Virus record (IMG/VR): IMGVR_UViG_3300036715_000355
Location: 1-37,619 of that record
Reading direction: 5' to 3' (one strand)
DNA from: a virus
Length of the DNA stretch: 37,619 nucleotides
Shown: piece by piece, positions 32,846 through 37,619 of the stretch
Position numbering within the stretch: position 1 is the first letter of the stretch
How the letters are laid out: each line of letters begins with the position of its first letter
Position numbers and translations under genes: made by a program
Notes under the pieces: model-generated
Databases searched by the model: none
The model's input: the letters and a program-made list of their open reading frames with translations, nothing else
What the model was told of the DNA's origin: nothing

Positions 32846-34317
32846 GCGCACTCCCTTACATGCTACCGATTTTCCGGGCCGAAGATGCTGCTGGGGCTTC
32901 GCTTCCGTTTGCGTTGCTCTACACGTATGCCGCCGGAACCACCACGCCTCTTACCACCTATCAGGACGCAGCCGGGACCATCCCCAATAGCAACCCCGTG
33001 ATCTGTGATGCCAACGGCCTTGCCGTGGTGTTCCTGACCACTGGGGTAGCATACAAGTTCAGCCTCACGGACCAATACGGGACCGTTCAGCCTAAGTACC
33101 CCCAGGATAACCTTGTGGGGGGTGCTACGGGTGCCACGGGTGCGCCTGGGTCCATTTGGCGGAATGGTGCTGGTGTGCCCTCTAACTCTGTCGGTATCGA
33201 CGGTGACTTCTACCTGAACACGTCGAATGGGGACGTTTACAAGCGATCCGGAGGGGTCTACGCGGTCATTGCAAACATCATCGGGCCTGCCGGTTCATCC
33301 AAGAACGCCATCCTAAACGGTAGCTTCTACCTTGGCCTTTCGCCCTGGGTCACTTCGGGTGCCATTGCCCCTACGCTCGGGACTGGCAGCACTGCGCTTT
33401 TGGGCTCGGCTCAGGAATACGCTGCCCAGAATATAGCGGTTGCGGTTACTTCTGTCGGATCGATCTCCCAGTCATTCTCAATTGGCACGCCTGTCGGATC
33501 GCAGATTCTCAAATTCAACACGGCAGCCTATTACGAGGCCGGGGGTGTGTCTGCGTCTATCGCTAACACTGGTTACGCTAAGGTGTATGTCTACAACGCC
33601 GCTTCTGGTATTGAGACGCTGGTGGGCACGATAAACACGACCGCCATCAGCACTACCCCTACCTGGGCTCCAAACTCAATCGACATTACAGCACAGATGC
33701 CTGTCGCTGGTGATTACGGGGTTAGGTTTGAGATTCAGGCGTATACGGATAATACCGCCGGAACCCCCGGACTCAAGGGAACTATCTCGGCAGTTGATGA
33801 TGTCACGCTCATCATCTCAACAGGTGGAACCGCTGGACCTACTGGTCCCACGGGACCCGCTGGCCCTGGCGTTGGGCTTGGGAATATCCTGACAAATAGC
33901 AATATCACCGGAGGGACTTATTCAACCGGGAGTCTAACCCCTGTAATGGTAGGGAAGGGTTCTCAAATAAGGTTCACACCTTCACTGTCAACCCGAGTGT
34001 TTATTAACTTCAAAGCCGAAGTTTCAAACAACATCGCCGCAGATGTTGCATTCATACAGATTGCCTATGGGACCGGTTCTGCCCCTGCTTCTGGAGCGGC
34101 GCTCCCAGGTGGTGCGTCGTGGGTAGGGGGTGCGAGTCCATGTATCGCTAGAATAACAAGCAATGTAGGGGGACAGCACGTAGATGCCAGCATTACCTAT
34201 ATTGTGACTGGATTGACACCGCTGACTAACTATTGGTTTGACCCTGCCATTTACGTATTCTCCAACACGGGGAGCATTTACGCTGGTGGGATGAACGTCA
34301 CCATCTTTGAGCTTTAG
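32842..34317 (+). CDS. Tail fibre with collagen-like G-X-Y tracts
   Basis: N-terminal fibre pattern (LLYTYAAGTTTPLTTYQD...NPVICDANG). GGATGATGAPGS and GGTAGPTGPTGPAGPGVG tracts. Confidence 0.7.
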   Translation: MSALPYMLPIFRAEDAAGASLPFALLYTYAAGTTTPLTTYQDAAGTIPNSNPVICDANGLAVVFLTTGVAYKFSLTDQYGTVQPKYPQDNLVGGATGATGAPGSIWRNGAGVPSNSVGIDGDFYLNTSNGDVYKRSGGVYAVIANIIGPAGSSKNAILNGSFYLGLSPWVTSGAIAPTLGTGSTALLGSAQEYAAQNIAVAVTSVGSISQSFSIGTPVGSQILKFNTAAYYEAGGVSASIANTGYAKVYVYNAASGIETLVGTINTTAISTTPTWAPNSIDITAQMPVAGDYGVRFEIQAYTDNTAGTPGLKGTISAVDDVTLIISTGGTAGPTGPTGPAGPGVGLGNILTNSNITGGTYSTGSLTPVMVGKGSQIRFTPSLSTRVFINFKAEVSNNIAADVAFIQIAYGTGSAPASGAALPGGASWVGGASPCIARITSNVGGQHVDASITYIVTGLTPLTNYWFDPAIYVFSNTGSIYAGGMNVTIFEL

Positions 34318-34325
34318 GAGAGCCA

Positions 34326-36371
34326 GTGTCAGCACCCATCGCAGTCCCAACTACTTCCAGCATCTTCCAATACCCGCCCAACTTCCCAAACGGTCAGACC
34401 GCTGATATCTGGAATGCGTATTTCCAGAGCATCAACGATGGGTTTTCAACCGCACCAGGGATCTTGGGTGCGGTAGCCTACACGATCCTAGCGGATACGG
34501 TCAGTGCCTCTAATGGGGCTGGGTTGGTTGGTTACAATGCCGCGCTAACATACGGTGTAGGGACCATCGGGAAGGCGGTCAAGGACAACGCAGCCACCGC
34601 TTCTGCGGCCACATCGTTAGTGCGGACCGACCTAGCCGATACCACAGACGTAGCTAAGGGCGATGCGCTGGTGGGGGTGAAGCAGCTGTTCACGGGGGCT
34701 GTGGCACGGACCCAGCATGACAAAAACGCTGACATCGTTAGTCTCAAGGACTTCGGGGCAGTCGGGAATGGGATTGCCGACGATACGGCGGCCATGACTG
34801 CGGCCATTGCTGCGGGTGAGTTCCTGGTCCCAGATGGAACCTATCTGGTCAGCACGGTGACTGTTAACAATAGTGTCAGGATGTATGGGACTGGTCGGAA
34901 TAAGGCGATCATCAAACAGAAGAACGCTACAAACAACAACCTGTTCCAAGTCAACGGTGACTACGCTTTTGAGGCTTATGACATCCAGTTTGACGGCAAC
35001 GGTGCCAACCAGTCGTTGAAGTCTGGTCTCCAGGATGGTATCTCCATCCCTGTTGGGTCACTCACTCTTGAGCGGTGCTGGCTTCACGACTTCAAGGGCA
35101 ATATAGTCAGATCTGGTAACACTGAGTCGAGCTTCGGCTATGCCTCCGACATCAATACCTACGCACATGACTTCCGCATTGTAGGTAATAAGTTCGATCA
35201 GGGGGCCATTGGCCTTGGCTATGGTGATTGCCTACGATTGTTCAAGGTCCAGCGTGGCGAGATCAGCGGTAACTACTTGGTGGGTGGGCTTTCTCCCATG
35301 CGTGGTTGCTACTACTGCTCAGGTTTGAATATTGCAAACAATCGGTCATACAACACAAATGACGTTGGTATCACACTCGCGTTATCTTTCGATTGCACGG
35401 TGGTTGGTAATGTCTGCAACGGCCATAGTCATCACGGGATAGAGATCGATTCCTGCGTCAGGGTTACCTGTGCTGGGAACACTACCAGTGGGAACACTCT
35501 GCACGGAATAGCCATGACTGAGTTTGGCCCTCCAGTGGGTGCTGGTTACTCGGGTTATCTAGACGGTGTTCTGGTGTCCAACCCCACAACGCCTGCAAAT
35601 GTGGATTGTGTGTTCACAGGCAACAACGTCAGCAAGAACGGAACTGGGGGCATGAGCCTTCTGTCTTGTGACGGTGTGCTTGTATCCGGTAATAGGTTCA
35701 GCGGGAACAACACCAGCAACACAGGTGGAGAAGGGTGCGGGATCTACCTCTCTGGAGGAGCCGCAAACAAAGACAACGCAATGATCCAGGCCAATGTTTT
35801 CAACAACACTGGCTACCAAACCAACTCGGTCAACCGTTCCAACCAGCAGATCAGCTACCAGACCAGGATGCAGGGCAACTCCCACATCGGAGGCAACCTT
35901 CAGAATGCCAGCATTCCCCTTGTCGGCGGGTTCAACATGATGACCGACAGGTTCCTGCTGAACTCGGCTTCCATCTCTGGGACATCAGCTCTTGTGGCAG
36001 ACGCACAGAGCAAGACCGGGTGGGCGCGACAGATTGCTGACGCGAGTGGGGCTAGTTCAACGGTGGTGAACTACATCGTCAACCCAGTGTCACGATATGG
36101 TGCCAAACTACTCTACTTCCGGGTTAGAACACCGGACACCATGACCAGCATCACGGTGGATGTGAATCTGTATCTTGCCGGGGTGTATGTCGCCACCGCT
36201 TCGACCATTCCCATGACACTTACTACCGCATGGAGTGAGCAGGTGATTTACTTACCAGCCTCTCTCTCCAGTAATAACTACGATAACATCCACATCCAGT
36301 TCACAACCAGTTCGGCCCTAACGGGAAACGTCAATGTGGAAGAGATCTCCTGCTTCTTGCCGTGTGAGTAG
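34326..36371 (+). CDS. Tailspike with right-handed beta-helix (pectate-lyase-3-like) depolymerase domain
   Basis: GTG start with GGAG SD. VSLKDFGAVGNGIADDTAAMTAAIAAG signature. Repeated G-N-x motifs typical of a parallel beta-helix. Confidence 0.75.
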   Translation: MSAPIAVPTTSSIFQYPPNFPNGQTADIWNAYFQSINDGFSTAPGILGAVAYTILADTVSASNGAGLVGYNAALTYGVGTIGKAVKDNAATASAATSLVRTDLADTTDVAKGDALVGVKQLFTGAVARTQHDKNADIVSLKDFGAVGNGIADDTAAMTAAIAAGEFLVPDGTYLVSTVTVNNSVRMYGTGRNKAIIKQKNATNNNLFQVNGDYAFEAYDIQFDGNGANQSLKSGLQDGISIPVGSLTLERCWLHDFKGNIVRSGNTESSFGYASDINTYAHDFRIVGNKFDQGAIGLGYGDCLRLFKVQRGEISGNYLVGGLSPMRGCYYCSGLNIANNRSYNTNDVGITLALSFDCTVVGNVCNGHSHHGIEIDSCVRVTCAGNTTSGNTLHGIAMTEFGPPVGAGYSGYLDGVLVSNPTTPANVDCVFTGNNVSKNGTGGMSLLSCDGVLVSGNRFSGNNTSNTGGEGCGIYLSGGAANKDNAMIQANVFNNTGYQTNSVNRSNQQISYQTRMQGNSHIGGNLQNASIPLVGGFNMMTDRFLLNSASISGTSALVADAQSKTGWARQIADASGASSTVVNYIVNPVSRYGAKLLYFRVRTPDTMTSITVDVNLYLAGVYVATASTIPMTLTTAWSEQVIYLPASLSSNNYDNIHIQFTTSSALTGNVNVEEISCFLPCE

Positions 36372-36403
36372 CGCCTTGTGCAGCGGTTGTGCAGGTTCAC
36401 CGT

Positions 36404-36446
36404 GGCGCGGGATGGGCGGGAAGGTTCCCGCGAGTGGACAAGATCA
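36404..36446 (-). repeat. Orphan TGTCCA element at the 3' end of the leftward operon (no downstream gene)
   Basis: Minus strand 36446-36404: TGATCTTGTCCACTCGCGGGAACCTTCCCGCCCATCCCGCGCC. Confidence 0.6.
36416..36431. terminator. GC-rich hairpin between convergent operons (candidate bidirectional terminator, no T-run)
   Basis: gcgggaa-gg-ttcccgc perfect 7-bp arms, located between the tailspike stop (36371) and the last leftward gene (36444). Confidence 0.3.
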
Positions 36447-36695
36447 ATCTGTGTATATCTCGGTGATGCTGAATTTCCAGATCCCAGGCTCTATCTCTTT
36501 GAACAAGGTGAAATATGGTCGGAAGCATTCTCCGAACTCTTTCGCCTGTTTATCGAGGATCGGTCTGTTTCCACCTCGGCTTTTTTGCAGAGCGTCCCTA
36601 GCTTCTTGTTCTGTTGCTGCCTTGACCGTTCCGGCATAGATCGAATCGCCGTAGGGTCGCAACTGTCCTACTTGTGTGAAGGTGATATTTCCCAT
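36444..36695 (-). CDS. Hypothetical protein (83 aa), last gene of the leftward operon
   Basis: ATG at 36695 with AAGGAG SD, preceded by element copy k. Confidence 0.6.
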   Translation of the reverse strand: MGNITFTQVGQLRPYGDSIYAGTVKAATEQEARDALQKSRGGNRPILDKQAKEFGECFRPYFTLFKEIEPGIWKFSITEIYTD

Positions 36696-36739
36696 GGGGT
36701 TCTCCTTTCGAGGGTCGTGCAGATGGACAAGAGGGCTCA
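36696..36739 (-). repeat. Intergenic TGTCCA element, copy k
   Basis: Minus strand 36739-36693: TGAGCCCTCTTGTCCATCTGCACGACCCTCGAAAGGAGAACCCCATG. Confidence 0.7.
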
Positions 36740-36937
36740 GAAGCCCAGGAACTCGGGGATCGCGTCGAATTGGCGCGGGGTCATCCAGACGGATTCGACC
36801 TGATAGGCGCCCTTTTCGTCGGCGTCCTCGATCATGTCGCAGGCATCAAGGGGAGTGCAGAAGCAGGAACCGGAGCCCTTCACAGAGAGCTTGATGTATT
36901 CGCGCTTGATGAATCGGGCTTTCAGCCATTCGAGCAT
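36737..36937 (-). CDS. Hypothetical protein (66 aa)
   Basis: ATG at 36937 with GAGGTG SD, preceded by element copy l. The track ORF is longer because it reads through the element. Confidence 0.55.
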   Translation of the reverse strand: MLEWLKARFIKREYIKLSVKGSGSCFCTPLDACDMIEDADEKGAYQVESVWMTPRQFDAIPEFLGF

Positions 36938-36974
36938 TGGGCACCTCGGAAGGTTCGGGGAGTGGACAAGATCA
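36938..36974 (-). repeat. Intergenic TGTCCA element, copy l
   Basis: Minus strand 36974-36935: TGATCTTGTCCACTCCCCGAACCTTCCGAGGTGCCCAATG. Confidence 0.7.
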
Positions 36975-37175
36975 GTTGAGATAGATTCGGGCGATTCGGG
37001 CTTCCTCTGAGTCGCGCAGGTTAGCGACCAGTTCCAGCCCTTCCTTGTAGCGCAGGCACTTGGCGGCAAGGCGTTGGTGTTCGGCATCTAGGATGCGGAG
37101 TTGGTCGGCGCACTCACACACCGGGTCCACGGGGCTGACTACATCCCTCCCGCAGATGTGGCAGATGTTATTCAT
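36972..37175 (-). CDS. Hypothetical CxxC...CxC protein (67 aa)
   Basis: ATG at 37175 in ATGA overlap with the upstream stop. MNNICHICGRD...VCEC. Confidence 0.55.
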   Translation of the reverse strand: MNNICHICGRDVVSPVDPVCECADQLRILDAEHQRLAAKCLRYKEGLELVANLRDSEEARIARIYLN

Positions 37176-37444
37176 ACAGATTCGACTTTGATGCCGACGA
37201 TTCGGGAGAGGGCTTGCAGGAGGTCGCCGCCGTAGCAGTTCCCCGACCCGTAGCCGCAATCAATCGCCCCGTGGGAATCGGCGCTGGCAATCTCGTTGCC
37301 CTCGTCCTGGTCATCGTCCAGGTCGGCGGGGTCGGTCTTGTAGAGGGTCCAGTCATCGTTATCCACGATGGCGTGGCATCCAGGGTTGGCTTTGATGACC
37401 TCAGCCAGTTCAGCGATGGGGTCACGCTCGGGTTTCTTTGCCAT
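37172..37444 (-). CDS. Hypothetical acidic protein (90 aa)
   Basis: ATG at 37444 with AAGGAG SD, preceded by element copy m. Confidence 0.6.
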   Translation of the reverse strand: MAKKPERDPIAELAEVIKANPGCHAIVDNDDWTLYKTDPADLDDDQDEGNEIASADSHGAIDCGYGSGNCYGGDLLQALSRIVGIKVESV

Positions 37445-37482
37445 TGGAGGCTCCTTGAGGGTCGTGCAGATGGGCAGGCTCA
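37445..37482 (-). repeat. Intergenic TGTCCA element, copy m (TGCCCA variant)
   Basis: Minus strand 37482-37442: TGAGCCTGCCCATCTGCACGACCCTCAAGGAGCCTCCAATG. Confidence 0.65.
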
Positions 37483-37619
37483 CGCCTGGGGCATTTCGAT
37501 TTCGTTCTTCACATCGTCAAGCAGGACGAGGACTGGTTTGGTTCGGGCATCCAGGGCCACCAGAGCGGCCTTGAGATATGATTTCGGGTCGTAGACCGTT
37601 CCGTCCTCCCCGCCATACC
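37480..37619 (-). CDS. 3' portion of the junction-spanning gene (same gene as 1-311; 37493-37619 duplicates 1-127)
   Basis: The frame continues from the overlap into ATG-CCC-CAG-GCG-TGA, ending at 37480. Confidence 0.7.
   Translation of the reverse strand, partial: YGGEDGTVYDPKSYLKAALVALDARTKPVLVLLDDVKNEIEMPQA
37493..37619. repeat. Terminal direct repeat, right copy (identical to 1-127)
   Basis: 127/127 nt identity with the left end. Confidence 0.95.

Noticed and set aside
37493-37619. Biological direct terminal repeat (T7-like DTR)
   Set aside because: A coding sequence runs through the junction. The length equals a common assembler k-mer (127). The terminase and portal are P22-like, which suggests headful packaging. 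Raw reads would be needed to be certain.
1-37619. Integrase, CI repressor, reverse transcriptase/DGR or tRNA genes
   Set aside because: No ORF showed tyrosine- or serine-recombinase, RT (YxDD) or CI-peptidase motifs. No intergenic gap looked like a cloverleaf. This is by-eye inspection only, so tRNAscan-SE and HMM searches should confirm it.

Overview
The window is one complete, circularly closed genome of a tailed dsDNA phage. The unit length is 37,492 bp. The first and last 127 nt are identical, and one gene reads through that junction.

Layout:
- A divergent control region lies at 4091-4236.
- A leftward (minus-strand) operon of about 19 very small ORFs starts at 4090, runs through position 1, wraps to 37619 and ends at 36444. 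Almost all of its products are hypothetical and several are Cys-rich.
- A rightward (plus-strand) block runs from 4237 to 36371. It holds recombination and replication genes, then packaging, lysis, head, ejection and tail genes.

Recombination and replication genes:
- RecT/Red-beta-like annealing protein, VRR-NUC nuclease, YbcO/DUF1364-like protein and NinB-like protein.
- An SNF2 helicase fused to an N6/N4 DNA methyltransferase.
- An initiator-like gene carrying internal iterons, followed by a DnaC-like loader.

Structural and lysis genes:
- TerS and TerL.
- A lysis cassette placed between terminase and portal.
- P22-like portal, scaffold and coat, then adaptor and gp10-like hub.
- Three ejection-type proteins.
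- A collagen-motif tail fibre and a beta-helix tailspike.

I saw no integrase, CI-type repressor, RNA polymerase, DNA polymerase, reverse transcriptase, CRISPR array or tRNA.

Most unusual observations:
1. An orientation-locked element of about 30-45 nt (stop codon, TTGTCCA core, conserved spacer, SD, start codon) sits at nearly every gene junction of the leftward operon. There is one orphan copy at the operon end and one plus-strand copy ahead of terS.
2. A cupin-SET (lysine methyltransferase-like) fusion is embedded in the virion module.
3. Two genes are built from in-frame short tandem repeats, one (GYGD)n and one Ala/Asp/Trp-rich.
4. A C5-methyltransferase-like gene has a disrupted reading frame.

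All family assignments come from motif recognition by eye. No database search was run.
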